A stretch of DNA of 49,938 bases from a virus (lineage: Duplodnaviria; Caudoviricetes): the IMG/VR virus record IMGVR_UViG_3300047301_000123, positions 1 through 49,938 of that record, one strand, 5' to 3'. Both the position numbers and the translations under genes were made by a program. Positions 25,801-35,323 of the stretch are shown here, in pieces (within the stretch, counting starts at the first letter, position 1; each line of letters starts with the position of its first letter). Under the pieces are notes generated by a model that was not told the DNA's origin, ran no database searches, and saw nothing but the letters and a program-made list of their open reading frames with translations.

Positions 25801-28800
25801 AAAGTTGAGTCTTGCATCAAATTGCTGACTGCAACTTTGTCTTTCAGTTTTTGCCACACAGATGTGATCCGATCAGACTGGCGGTACCAATCCTCGACGA
25901 CTACACGGCGAGCTTTCATGGCTTTTACGTAGTTTTTGATCTGTGGTAGGTATTTATGCGTCCGTTCCGCCATTTGCTGTACCGACAGGAACACCCAGCG
26001 GTTGCTCTTTATCCGGCCTAATGTGGTATCCGCATTGGCCAGTGCTTGGTCACGCGCATTTCGGATAGAGTGCATAGACCCGCCATTCCCACTATCTATC
26101 GTCTGCAAATGATCCGCCCTGTCTTGGGTTTCACTGGGCGGAGTGTTTCTGCGCTGCTCTTCTGAATAGTCGTTACGGGTTTGCGTGTTCCTAGCCTCTA
26201 CTTCCCCCGCCAACCTTTTATACTTCTCGAAAGCCCAGTCATAAGGAGTTAGTTTTTTATTCGCGGCTATCTCATCCATCAAAGCCATTCTTCTATTGAA
26301 TATTTCACTCTTTTTAACAGGATCGGATTCCGCTCGGTAAGCGGCCAGTAAAGCTGGAAGTTCTTCGTAAGTCTGCCTCTTAAATTCATCGTTGCGCTCT
26401 CGCATGATGAGGTCGTGGTTGAACTCCTCGGCATTTCCACCGAGAGCGAATTTTTCCTTGAACTGTATTACGTGCTGTATTTCATGTAGTAGCGAACCTT
26501 TAGCATCACCGCCTAAAGAGGGGTTTATCTCCATATAAATCTCATTCTTACCTGGCGAATAATGCCCGTTTTCGCTGTGTAGAAAAGCGTTGGATTCACG
26601 TAGGGTAACCTGAACATTGGCAAGGTCTGGATAGGCTTTGAATAAGTCCGTGTCAGTAACCAACCCTTCTTGAAAAGTTTCTTTTTTACCGAGTCTTTCG
26701 GCTGTTATAGCCCCAAGTTTGTGCCACCTATCCCCTAAGTTTCCTATCAGTTTACGACCAGGAACCCCGTCTATTTCTTCTAAGTCTTTACCCCAAGCAT
26801 TTTCTTTCAGCTTAAACTTGCTGTCGTCGATCTCAAAACGCCATTTCCCGTCTACAGTTCCTTTAAACCACCCCGTTTCTTTCCGGACTTGCTCAGGGTT
26901 TTCACCATTATCTAGTTTGGCTTTAGCGGAGGTTAGATTTTCAAGGTTAGCTATTTTTGACTTTTCTCCAGCAAAACTGTGCATCGGTGCTTGATTACCT
27001 GGAATTTCACTAACTTCCTCAAGTAAACCTGGGTATTCGGCTATTACGCTGCTCGGTACCGGTTGGCCTTCATAAAGTGCTCGCCTAACCACGCCACGGT
27101 GCGAAAGCTTCTGTGCGGCATTCTGATCAACATGGACGCCTTCGCGCTGCTCTATGGCGGGTTCTATCCAGGGATGAACCGCTTCGTAGGCTTTCCAGAC
27201 ATACCGGTTACCGTCGGCATCTTGGGTAAATCTCAGGATTGGGTCGCCATTACCAGGTACCCCATACTCCTTCGCCGCCTCCTTACGCATATCAGACTGA
27301 TCAGCGTTCGAAGGGTTCCGGATTACTTCTACTTTACCCACGTAGAAAGACTCCTGCGGCTTGAGTTCCGCTGGGGCATTGTATTCGGCTGCGGATTTCT
27401 GCCAGGGTTCACGGATAGAGTGCCGAATATCGTTGTCTTCAGGTGAGAACGCACCGTTGTTGCCGATAGCGGATTTGGCTTGCGTAGACTCGAAGACTGC
27501 TACTGCGGTTTTCCCATCCCCCTCTTTAACTATTATGCCGTCATATCCTGCATCCATTGCTGCCCATTTTACTTCCTCCCCTTTTATGTGTCTCCAGGCG
27601 GTAGTCTCTGGGTATCCTTGAGCGTCTTCGGGAAGGCTAACATTTTTAGAACCTAAAAAATCTCTGAACTCTTTGTCAGATAAAGATTTTTCTCCGAAAT
27701 GCGTTAAGTCAAGGGGGTTCTTTACCGCTAGGTATACGGGGTACACTTGCGATCCCTCGCTATTCCCCGCGTATTTACTGGCATATTCATGGCTATCTGT
27801 AAAGTATGCGTAGCCGCCCGCACCACGCATGAACAGTTTTATGTCTGCGGTTGAACCGTGATAGTAAACTTTAGGCTCGTCATTCTCATCTATCGCCTTG
27901 CTATCCCCGAACCAGGCTTTAAATTCAGGTGTTCGAACTTGTGCTTGTTGTCCAGCATTAAGGTTGGAGGGCTTACCGTTCGGTGCCAGGCGCTGTTTTT
28001 CTTTGTTGGTAGAGAACAATGGCATGCCCTCGGACTGAATCTTGGCTTTCATTTCCGGAGTGATGATCAAGGCCGGTTGAGTTGTCCAGTCTTCGCCCGT
28101 TAACAGTTCCTGCGAACCTATCTTACCGCCCATCTTGCGGGCTATGTCGCCAGCGGCTTGCAGAATCAGGGATGGTTTGCCTTGGGCATTCATGCCGTTT
28201 CCGTCACCGTACATAGCCGAAACCCATTGGGGTTTGACACTCAGGTCAAGACCAGACAAAACACGGTGTGACAGACCTTCAGAGTCTTCCGCTTCCCACC
28301 CAACCGCACCATCCGATACCTTACCTTCGCCGTTTAGTATTTTGTTAACGGCGTCCTTTCCCACAAGCTCTTCAATTTGTTTAGGTGTTTGAGCGTAAGC
28401 TTCATGCACATTTTGCCCATCTAAGTTAAACACAGACAAGTCAAAAGTGCCGGTAGGTACATAGGTTTTAGGGTCGAGAACTTCTTCGTACTCAATTCGG
28501 TCTATTTGCTTCGCTAAACTGTAGCGATCAGCCTGTTGATCGCCCGTAGTCCAGGTCACTGAGTCGTGGCCACCGTCTATCGCAGAACTTACGGCTTTCT
28601 TCAATAGAAGCGTAATGTAAGCGTTCGTAGACTTGTTGTTTGAGTCAGTGACGAAAGGTGCAGGAGGTACTGTACCTGTACGTAAAGCTTTTATTGCTTT
28701 TTTAGTAGCACCTTCTAACGAATAATCAGCTACCGTCCCGTACTCTCCAAGAAGCGTTGCGTACTCCCCGTTAGCATCTAATTCATTTTTATTAACTGGA

Positions 28801-31800
28801 TAAAATCGAGCTCCCCTTTTCTGTATTATCCAGTTATCAGGAAGCGCTTTAGGTATGTTAATAAACCCCTCTGTCCTACCGGCTTGCGACCGCTGACTTT
28901 GGACTTCTTCCAGGAACAAAGTCTTGTTTCCATCAATATCGGTACGGGTATTGTGGCGAATCCAGGCGATCTGTTTACCTTTTCCTTCCCTCCCAAAATG
29001 AGTTTCATCGCTTTCGTTATAGGCTTCCGTAGTCGGTATGGTAACGATCAATTCTTTGTAGTCTACGCCGCCGGGGAGTTCCAAGTTACCCCCACCATGT
29101 CTTGATTCCGGGATGTTAAGAGCGGCACCCATTTTCAATAGCCCTTCTTGACTAAATTTTTCTTTCTCTTCTTTTAGGCGAGCCATTTCTGACACTATAG
29201 CGGTGTGTCCTTCTTTCCAGACAGCTATCGCTTCTGGAGTTAAAGAATCTGGTTCACCTAGCACCATTATTTGCCTGTGTTCTTCTTCCCGCAGAGCGCG
29301 GATGTTTTTATCGAACTCAGCTAGGCCGGTTTCCCTGCTAGCCTTAGCTTTATCCCATTCTGCGTGGGGGTTTCCAGACACCACATCCTCGACCTGAACG
29401 CCGTTGAAGTTAACCATGTCGGTTTTAGTGACTTTGCCTTCCTGCATATCCAACAAGTTAAGAATCCCCGACCAATAAATTTCGTCCTTCTTGACATCGT
29501 ATTTGGCCGCGTTGCCCAACAACCAGGCTTTTACCTGTGCTGGGTTTCCAAAGACTTTTTCTGGGGACGCAATAAACATATTGCGTAAGGCGGAATAGAA
29601 GCGTGGGGCTTGTTCGGTAGAAGCCATAGCCTCCCCGCCGATAAACATCGGTTCCGTAGCTCTGCCAGCCGCACTTTTAAGACTGGATACCAGTAACTGG
29701 TGCATATCGTCCCCGGTAAAGGTTCCGTTAACGAAACCACGGGCGATACCATGTCTCATCAAAAAGGCTTTGATTTGAGTGATCAGTCTGCGGTACCAGG
29801 GTTGATTCTTTTCGCCTAGTTTGGCGATCACTTCAGCGACGAATTGTTTGCTGCCTACTTTTACGTGTGGATAGAGTCTAGCAACGTCATTCCAGACTCT
29901 ATTCTCCAGTGAGCCAGTTCTTTCGGCGCGGTTTTTTATCTGCGCCTGAAGTGATTCATAAACCTGGGTGCCAATCATTTTTTCCAGGCCGAAATGCTCG
30001 CCTATTTCATGTAGGAGCACAGATTTCATGCGTTCTTTGGTGGTGTTATTCAGGTCGACCCAGATGTTGCCCTGGTAATAAACCCCTTCGGCATTCGGGT
30101 GGCGCGCCACTTCCGGCCAGGACTCTTGCCCATGGGTAAAGTTCAGAGGTAGACGCGACACACCTTTGCCGAACAGGTCTTCAGCGTGGGTTTGGGCTTC
30201 TTCTATGGAAGCAAAAAGATCGCCTTTAGCTTCGTTGGAGATACTGAATAACAAGTCTTTAAACGACTTAAGGGCCGCGCTTCTGTCGCCGTTACGATCA
30301 TAGCGCGCTATCTTGGTGATTCCTTTCCTCTTCAGAAGCTCGATTGCAGGTTCGTATTCTTTGCCTTTTGGCACTATGGCTCCCGAGAACTCACCAATAT
30401 CTACGGAACGGCCTATCTTGCCTTCGAAGTAATGGGTCGGCATGTTGCGTAGTTTACCCAGGAACTCGGCGATTTTTGCCATAGTTTCGACCGGGACACC
30501 TTCGTAATACTCGTTGAATTCACGAATACCTTTCTCGGCGAATCCTGCCAGGGCTTCGGCAGCTTGTGGCCGCTCAAATTTACTGTACTCGTTCAACTCA
30601 GACTCTATTTCTGAAAAGTCCTGGTTGACCTCTTCCTTCAGGGTGTCCATCTCTGCTTCGGAAACAATGCTGTCCCGATCCTGCTGCATGGCTTTGACAG
30701 TTTTAAACTGCTTTGCCGCGTGGGCTCTGATAGAGGGTACGCCGTAGCTGAAGTTTTCTCCGCCTTGGACTTTCTTGGTCAGAATTTTGACCACAGTATC
30801 CAGGTTGTGGGGTAGGTATTTACGGTTACCAGAATACGTAAATCCGTCGAAAATTTTCTCCGAACTAACCAGATTGGCATGTTCCGTCCGTAGCCAGTAC
30901 TCGAACTCCTGTTGATTCAGCTTGCTACGAACCTTTTTCCCTAGTTCCGAAATATCTATTTCGTTGCTTTTCACGTAAGTAAGCGCCGGTGCTTTCCCTT
31001 TGTTTTCCAGGTAGTGGTATTGGACGGCCAGATTATGACCAAGCCCTTTTACCACGCCGTCATCTACGTCTATTACGCCGTTATAGCCGAGTTGTTTTTG
31101 AAGGGCTTTAACGCGCTCAGAAAATGATTTTTCCAGGCTATCGATCTTTTTTCGGTCGGGGAAAGAGGTCACGTTCGGGTACCGTGGCGAGTAAATATCG
31201 GCATTGAAATACCGGTTTTTACTACTCGCTTCGGGACCCAGTTGATCCTTGTCTCCAACTAGGGTTATTTCGCCGAAGTTGCCCATCGTGTGGTTACTGT
31301 TGGTAACTGCCACACTAGGTACCGCGATACCGCCCATCTTGTCGGCATGCATCAGGTTGACCAAAGACAAGTTATGGGTTATCGCTAAGCTGTTTTCAGG
31401 TAGACTAAACATTGGCTCACCGAACAGATCATCCGTGCGGCCTTTATCCGTAAACATCTCGTCGTAGAGCGAATCTACGCTGGAGTCAGACTCCGCTTTG
31501 TTCTTAGCAGCTAATTCTCGGGCGGCAAGGTCTTTGGCTCGTTGCTTTTGTTCTCGTTCTCTGGCATCGAGGTCGGTTTGGTCATAGGAGTCGAGTTCTC
31601 CTTGATCCTCTCCGACATCCTCTGCGATATTTCCTTCGCTCTTTGATCCGATATTGTCATTTAGTTCATCCCAAAATTCGTTGATGTTTAGAGGTGTTAT
31701 CCCACCCTGTGCCATTATATACTCAAGCGAGGGTAACTGCTCTGGATCGTATTCTGCGGTCTGATTGTGCAGGTTCTGCAGGTCGAAAGCAAACTTGGCT

Positions 31801-34800
31801 TCTTCCTCATCGAACCGCTCGGCACTAGCCAGTTTTTCAATACCTGCGTAGCCTTCTGCAGTATAAATTTTATCTCCTCTAAGCGCATTGTCCAACAATT
31901 CTAACAATACGTTAGGGTCGTAAGTTCCTTCTTGACCATTTAGGTCAAAATGCACACCGTCCAACAAACCGGCAATTTCATCGAATGTTTTTCCGCCCTT
32001 CGCCGGGAAAACAGAGAAATGGCTACCAGAAGGGGTGCCAAAGGCGGCGGGGTCAATACCTTGTCTTTTAGCGGATTCTCGGCTTAACCCTCCTACTTTG
32101 GCAATTACCGTTAGAAGATGGTCGGAAGACTTAACAGTCTTGGACGGGGATTTTCTGGTTTTTACTTCTATCGCGGCTGGTTCACCGGTAACCCACTCTT
32201 TTAAAAGCCTGGGTCTTTTTAATTCGGTTGTCGCTGCTTGCCCTTCGCTGCTAGGCGTTTCGCTAGGGCTATCTCCAATATTGCTATCTTCTCGTTGGAC
32301 TCCCTTATTGTTTTCTGATCCGGTGTTTCCTTCGACATATTCTACTCCCGTTTTACCTGCGTTAAGTTCGGCTGCTGCTCGGGCAGAAATATCTGCCAGC
32401 GTCATGCCGGGTACCATAGGGCTAAAGCCCACGTAAAGGCCTGTACCTGGGACTTTTCCTGGTCCGGTTTTAAGGTGTGGGATTGTGTCCAACCCTTGTT
32501 CTTTAGCCCAGGCCAAAGATTTCTCCCTGGCAGAATTCATAGCTTCTTTTATTCTCGCATCTGTACCGCCGAGAATAACGGCACTGATTTCATCACCGCC
32601 GTGGTGGATAAAAACTTCATGCGTACCCACTTGTCGCAAGGCGTTAGCGAAAATGTCCCCTAACTGCTTTATATATGGGTTTACGATAGCATGGTTGTCG
32701 CCGAAAAAAGCGTTCATGCCTCCCAGATTTGCTATATCGGCTTCTACAAAATGTGCTGTGGTTCCGGTTTCTTCTACAATTTCCAGTGCTTCGAGGATAA
32801 TCGGGTCTTTTTCTGTGGCCTGCTCAAAACCGGTTATAAAGTGTTTTTTCTCCTGGGGCACGATTTGCTCTAAAGCACTTTGGTCCGTTACGCCATGCTC
32901 TTTTGCGAGGTTTCTTCTTTCGTTTACTCGACGTTCGCTAGGAGGGATAAAACTAATATCCGTATTCTGCCGGCGATCCTGTTTTCTGGCTTCCGTTTTC
33001 GCTGCCGGTAACTTCGCCGCGTCACTATGGACCCAGGTTTTAAAGTCGGCCATCGGCATTGCGGTAATTGCACCGAAACCTTTCCAGTCTGGAGCGTAGT
33101 TTCTGGAATATACCGCTTTAGCTTCTTCTGGACTGGCTACCCCGAGGATGACCTTAACTTCGTCGAACAAACCGGTTTTCGGGTCTACCTGATCAATTAC
33201 ATAGGCGTTCTGCGTAGAATCGATCTGAGCGCGAGTTAAGCCTGCGGGTATAAAAGTGTCTACCGCATCGCCGTCCGCGCCTTCACCGGCTTTAATCTCG
33301 CCGTAATGGTCTTGCATAGTGGTTTCCCACTTCTCGCCTTCTGGACTGGTGCCTGAGCGAACCGAACCGACAGGATTTTCTATGGCTATGTGCAGGTCTT
33401 GGAAGTTTACCGCCGCTTTCTTAGTGTCTTCTGGTTTGCCGGCTACTTGGTAGGTATTGGCATCCGACAACGGGTGTTCTCTTGCTATTGCTTCATCTAT
33501 CGGTGCTTCTGTATGGGTACGGACGGCAGCCAACATTTGTTCCGGGGTACGTGAACTGTCATACACCCCTAAGTCCTGGGCTGATTTTCTCAGTGCCGCT
33601 GGTACCGTACCCATAACACCATTAGCGGCTACGCTGGAGTCGATTCCAGCGACTACTTTCCGTGCTGTTTCGGCGGCACCCTCTTGCGTGGCTGGGTCTT
33701 GGCTTTGGTCAATAACCTGATCACTTCCGGGTGCAGCCGCACTTGTTCCGGATGTTGTTGGTCCTGTGGGTGTAGCTGTTTCAGTGTCTTTAGCATCTGG
33801 CAGTTCGTAGTCATCTATTTGGTTGTTGTGAATGATACCGAAACCTCCTTCTGGAAGTTTTACGGTGGTGTGCTCGCTGGAAGGCTTGCCGTTCATCATG
33901 CGACTGAGGAAGTTGTTTGCTTCCCCGGCGGTAGAATAGGGCGTACCGTCCGTGCGGGTTATCGGGCGCTCTTTAGCCGCCGCTATTTGGGGTTCGGTTG
34001 TACCCGCTACTACAGCGGCTTTAACGGCTTTGGATACCGTGCTTCCCGTAGGATTAGCGGCGATATGGGCATCCAAAGTTTCAGTCAGATCGGCAGTTAC
34101 GGCTTCAACTCTGGCTTTTGGCTGTGCATAAACGGCAGCTTGTAACTCGGCGAAAGCCTCAGCGGGCGGTTTAGCGGGGTCTATTACGATACCCGCTGCA
34201 TTCAGAGCGGTGCTGAAGCCTTTTGAATAGGTATTAGGGGCAACGCCAGCGTTAACAAAATGGTCAACAAAGGGTTTTGCCTGCATCGGGTCTGGAGCTT
34301 CGGGTGCTGGAGCCTGAGCTTCGGTTACTGGAGCCTGAGCTTCGGTTACTGGAGCCTGAGCTTCGGTTACTGGAGCCTGAGCTTCGGGTGCAGGAACTTG
34401 AACCACAGTTGGGGTGACTGCCGCCATGCCTCCGCCCATACCTGCACCGGCTACGGCACCGATGGCGGCGGCATTCCCTACCCCTTCCATGACCGGTTTA
34501 TCTAGTGCCAAGTTGGTAGCAGCTTGCTCCTGTCCAGACTGAAGTGTTTCTTGCCCTGCTTCGATCAGGCCTTCTTCTCCGACTCTTCTCGGTAAGCTTT
34601 TACCGGCTGCTGCTGCGGGTCTGCCTAAAAATGCGGTGTTGACATCACCTACACCCAGTTTATTGGCAATCTTTCCAAAACCGTGGGTGATGCCCCCTGT
34701 TAAAGCCCCGCTGCCAGCGGTAAGCAGGGCCTGTTTTGGTGTCAATAGTTGGTCTGGAGTCTGCTGACGTACTTGTTCCGCGTTCTGACCTGCTGTAACC

Positions 34801-35312
34801 GCGCCTTCGCCAATAGCTCCAGCAACTAACGGTGCGATCTTCGGGGCATTTTTTAAAACCTGTTTGGCGATAGCTTGGCCACCTAACATTGATGGTGCCG
34901 ATTCGGCTATGGTCTGAACAGCTGTGGATGGGTTTTCAGCTACCGCTTTTAGTGTAGGTAGGAACCCTTCAGCTTGTTGTACCTTGGCATTAGCTTCCTG
35001 TTGCTCTGGAGAATACCCCGAGTCCAGAATCTGTTTGGTGCGAGCGAAGTCTACCCCAGCGTCTTTAGCCAGTTTTCCTGCATGCCCTCCTGTAACCAGG
35101 TCGGCTAATCCTACGGCAGTCTCTGGAACACCGACAATACCTTTTGCTAAGGAAATTCCAGTATCGCCTAGTGCTCTCCTGGCGATACTGGAGGGTGCCT
35201 TTTCTTCTTTCGGACTCTCCCCGTACTCGTTTCGTATCGTGTCTAAAACCCCTGCTTTTTGTTCTGTTGGGTAATCGTTTCTGATCGTATCGAGTACAGT
35301 TTGATCTGGCAT
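22803..35312 (-). CDS. Giant polyvalent virion/ejection protein (4169 aa): InPase, GGDEF-like, zincin metallopeptidases, ART-PolyVal, LPD23-like, PLxRFG
   Basis: IENPVGS...DHYGEI...GADGDAVD (InPase); GGDEI; LLHEIGEH; YHGS...YPVYL..KNP...GYDG (ART); TGWFKG.DGKWRFEIDD with LHEIQH and GEVEAR; YTPLQRFG. Confidence 0.85.
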   Translation of the reverse strand: MPDQTVLDTIRNDYPTEQKAGVLDTIRNEYGESPKEEKAPSSIARRALGDTGISLAKGIVGVPETAVGLADLVTGGHAGKLAKDAGVDFARTKQILDSGYSPEQQEANAKVQQAEGFLPTLKAVAENPSTAVQTIAESAPSMLGGQAIAKQVLKNAPKIAPLVAGAIGEGAVTAGQNAEQVRQQTPDQLLTPKQALLTAGSGALTGGITHGFGKIANKLGVGDVNTAFLGRPAAAAGKSLPRRVGEEGLIEAGQETLQSGQEQAATNLALDKPVMEGVGNAAAIGAVAGAGMGGGMAAVTPTVVQVPAPEAQAPVTEAQAPVTEAQAPVTEAQAPAPEAPDPMQAKPFVDHFVNAGVAPNTYSKGFSTALNAAGIVIDPAKPPAEAFAELQAAVYAQPKARVEAVTADLTETLDAHIAANPTGSTVSKAVKAAVVAGTTEPQIAAAKERPITRTDGTPYSTAGEANNFLSRMMNGKPSSEHTTVKLPEGGFGIIHNNQIDDYELPDAKDTETATPTGPTTSGTSAAAPGSDQVIDQSQDPATQEGAAETARKVVAGIDSSVAANGVMGTVPAALRKSAQDLGVYDSSRTPEQMLAAVRTHTEAPIDEAIAREHPLSDANTYQVAGKPEDTKKAAVNFQDLHIAIENPVGSVRSGTSPEGEKWETTMQDHYGEIKAGEGADGDAVDTFIPAGLTRAQIDSTQNAYVIDQVDPKTGLFDEVKVILGVASPEEAKAVYSRNYAPDWKGFGAITAMPMADFKTWVHSDAAKLPAAKTEARKQDRRQNTDISFIPPSERRVNERRNLAKEHGVTDQSALEQIVPQEKKHFITGFEQATEKDPIILEALEIVEETGTTAHFVEADIANLGGMNAFFGDNHAIVNPYIKQLGDIFANALRQVGTHEVFIHHGGDEISAVILGGTDARIKEAMNSAREKSLAWAKEQGLDTIPHLKTGPGKVPGTGLYVGFSPMVPGMTLADISARAAAELNAGKTGVEYVEGNTGSENNKGVQREDSNIGDSPSETPSSEGQAATTELKRPRLLKEWVTGEPAAIEVKTRKSPSKTVKSSDHLLTVIAKVGGLSRESAKRQGIDPAAFGTPSGSHFSVFPAKGGKTFDEIAGLLDGVHFDLNGQEGTYDPNVLLELLDNALRGDKIYTAEGYAGIEKLASAERFDEEEAKFAFDLQNLHNQTAEYDPEQLPSLEYIMAQGGITPLNINEFWDELNDNIGSKSEGNIAEDVGEDQGELDSYDQTDLDAREREQKQRAKDLAARELAAKNKAESDSSVDSLYDEMFTDKGRTDDLFGEPMFSLPENSLAITHNLSLVNLMHADKMGGIAVPSVAVTNSNHTMGNFGEITLVGDKDQLGPEASSKNRYFNADIYSPRYPNVTSFPDRKKIDSLEKSFSERVKALQKQLGYNGVIDVDDGVVKGLGHNLAVQYHYLENKGKAPALTYVKSNEIDISELGKKVRSKLNQQEFEYWLRTEHANLVSSEKIFDGFTYSGNRKYLPHNLDTVVKILTKKVQGGENFSYGVPSIRAHAAKQFKTVKAMQQDRDSIVSEAEMDTLKEEVNQDFSEIESELNEYSKFERPQAAEALAGFAEKGIREFNEYYEGVPVETMAKIAEFLGKLRNMPTHYFEGKIGRSVDIGEFSGAIVPKGKEYEPAIELLKRKGITKIARYDRNGDRSAALKSFKDLLFSISNEAKGDLFASIEEAQTHAEDLFGKGVSRLPLNFTHGQESWPEVARHPNAEGVYYQGNIWVDLNNTTKERMKSVLLHEIGEHFGLEKMIGTQVYESLQAQIKNRAERTGSLENRVWNDVARLYPHVKVGSKQFVAEVIAKLGEKNQPWYRRLITQIKAFLMRHGIARGFVNGTFTGDDMHQLLVSSLKSAAGRATEPMFIGGEAMASTEQAPRFYSALRNMFIASPEKVFGNPAQVKAWLLGNAAKYDVKKDEIYWSGILNLLDMQEGKVTKTDMVNFNGVQVEDVVSGNPHAEWDKAKASRETGLAEFDKNIRALREEEHRQIMVLGEPDSLTPEAIAVWKEGHTAIVSEMARLKEEKEKFSQEGLLKMGAALNIPESRHGGGNLELPGGVDYKELIVTIPTTEAYNESDETHFGREGKGKQIAWIRHNTRTDIDGNKTLFLEEVQSQRSQAGRTEGFINIPKALPDNWIIQKRGARFYPVNKNELDANGEYATLLGEYGTVADYSLEGATKKAIKALRTGTVPPAPFVTDSNNKSTNAYITLLLKKAVSSAIDGGHDSVTWTTGDQQADRYSLAKQIDRIEYEEVLDPKTYVPTGTFDLSVFNLDGQNVHEAYAQTPKQIEELVGKDAVNKILNGEGKVSDGAVGWEAEDSEGLSHRVLSGLDLSVKPQWVSAMYGDGNGMNAQGKPSLILQAAGDIARKMGGKIGSQELLTGEDWTTQPALIITPEMKAKIQSEGMPLFSTNKEKQRLAPNGKPSNLNAGQQAQVRTPEFKAWFGDSKAIDENDEPKVYYHGSTADIKLFMRGAGGYAYFTDSHEYASKYAGNSEGSQVYPVYLAVKNPLDLTHFGEKSLSDKEFRDFLGSKNVSLPEDAQGYPETTAWRHIKGEEVKWAAMDAGYDGIIVKEGDGKTAVAVFESTQAKSAIGNNGAFSPEDNDIRHSIREPWQKSAAEYNAPAELKPQESFYVGKVEVIRNPSNADQSDMRKEAAKEYGVPGNGDPILRFTQDADGNRYVWKAYEAVHPWIEPAIEQREGVHVDQNAAQKLSHRGVVRRALYEGQPVPSSVIAEYPGLLEEVSEIPGNQAPMHSFAGEKSKIANLENLTSAKAKLDNGENPEQVRKETGWFKGTVDGKWRFEIDDSKFKLKENAWGKDLEEIDGVPGRKLIGNLGDRWHKLGAITAERLGKKETFQEGLVTDTDLFKAYPDLANVQVTLRESNAFLHSENGHYSPGKNEIYMEINPSLGGDAKGSLLHEIQHVIQFKEKFALGGNAEEFNHDLIMRERNDEFKRQTYEELPALLAAYRAESDPVKKSEIFNRRMALMDEIAANKKLTPYDWAFEKYKRLAGEVEARNTQTRNDYSEEQRRNTPPSETQDRADHLQTIDSGNGGSMHSIRNARDQALANADTTLGRIKSNRWVFLSVQQMAERTHKYLPQIKNYVKAMKARRVVVEDWYRQSDRITSVWQKLKDKVAVSNLMQDSTLPDVDASQAWSGVTKEKGLFRVHSQAKFTATSKAKLTLGMGYQNSVTTGDFYKQAYFLDRVDADVFLNMLNNEEAIQTRLGHKPENGTRKTALPKLQAKYAALTAEAQGVYKDSNETLNALANARLHAIEMQIERAIDDGRIRSQMISELRKNMEAGSLEWYYTPLQRFGDYWFYGKNSAGQPVFSSFDSLKKMKAAEAVFRADGGKNIKSGKKMQSIHDDLAATDAFMLDVRDKIHENVSDDAEARALQDAIYQMYLQSLPDVSARHSAQHRKGVLGFDKDAIRSFTFHIHHGASQLGNMTEGRNMAEAAKAMRDTVTMAMDDEHDAAGNITGNFRRREAEIQVEAAEMLQDDWATLTAPGHLEAEQAADPDNAIWKEALTLRRKFGHLPEVDAYDALERFSVKLNTTIDHSRMLKDQKLQIAAGEVADEIKKSFDAMVNTQSSDLDKIASDIRQASFIWMLGYGVSTGLMNLLQTPIVAMPVVASKFGFGKTVSAFNKTYGEFMAAIKLAKRNDPDSVDEDGNASISVVLERRLRTLTRGTAAYKETESDVKFMQYIKSQGETARTQMQDVIGLSQRGDIEGGKLQEINKSMGWMFHHGERVNREVTLLAAYRLMRDSKVSDGRGGMRDSTLEEAQQYAEKATHIGHGDYNAENAARIFRGWPAGIALQFGKYPHLMYYAWGSAFQDTFNGWKKMPAGAERDAVMAEAKEAGSRLIGLAITQFTVAGAFGMPLMGATVMLLNMIGAALTDDDDPWDTKKEARMWLFDLGGEEFATAMTKGFFNAVTPADLGGRLGIADIKFREGKQELEGRDQATQLLVSLFGPTGGLMQKVFEGAKLAGEGEFERAAEQLLPKALGDPLKSARFAAAGATSIREGTKGDKLKDMSPGEVFLQIFGIGSSDLANKYDDRGYAFADKKHIEEARTVLLHRIANAKTEHEEIPSEEWREWNVKYPLKPILPTDVANSIAASKREEKKRGSKGYYVPDYVPDYSTSEDDE
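34307..34387. repeat. 21-bp tandem repeat (about 3.9 copies) encoding EAQAPVT
   Basis: CTGGAGCCTGAGCTTCGGTTA three times plus a partial fourth copy. Confidence 0.95.
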
Positions 35313-35323
35313 GTGAGATAATC

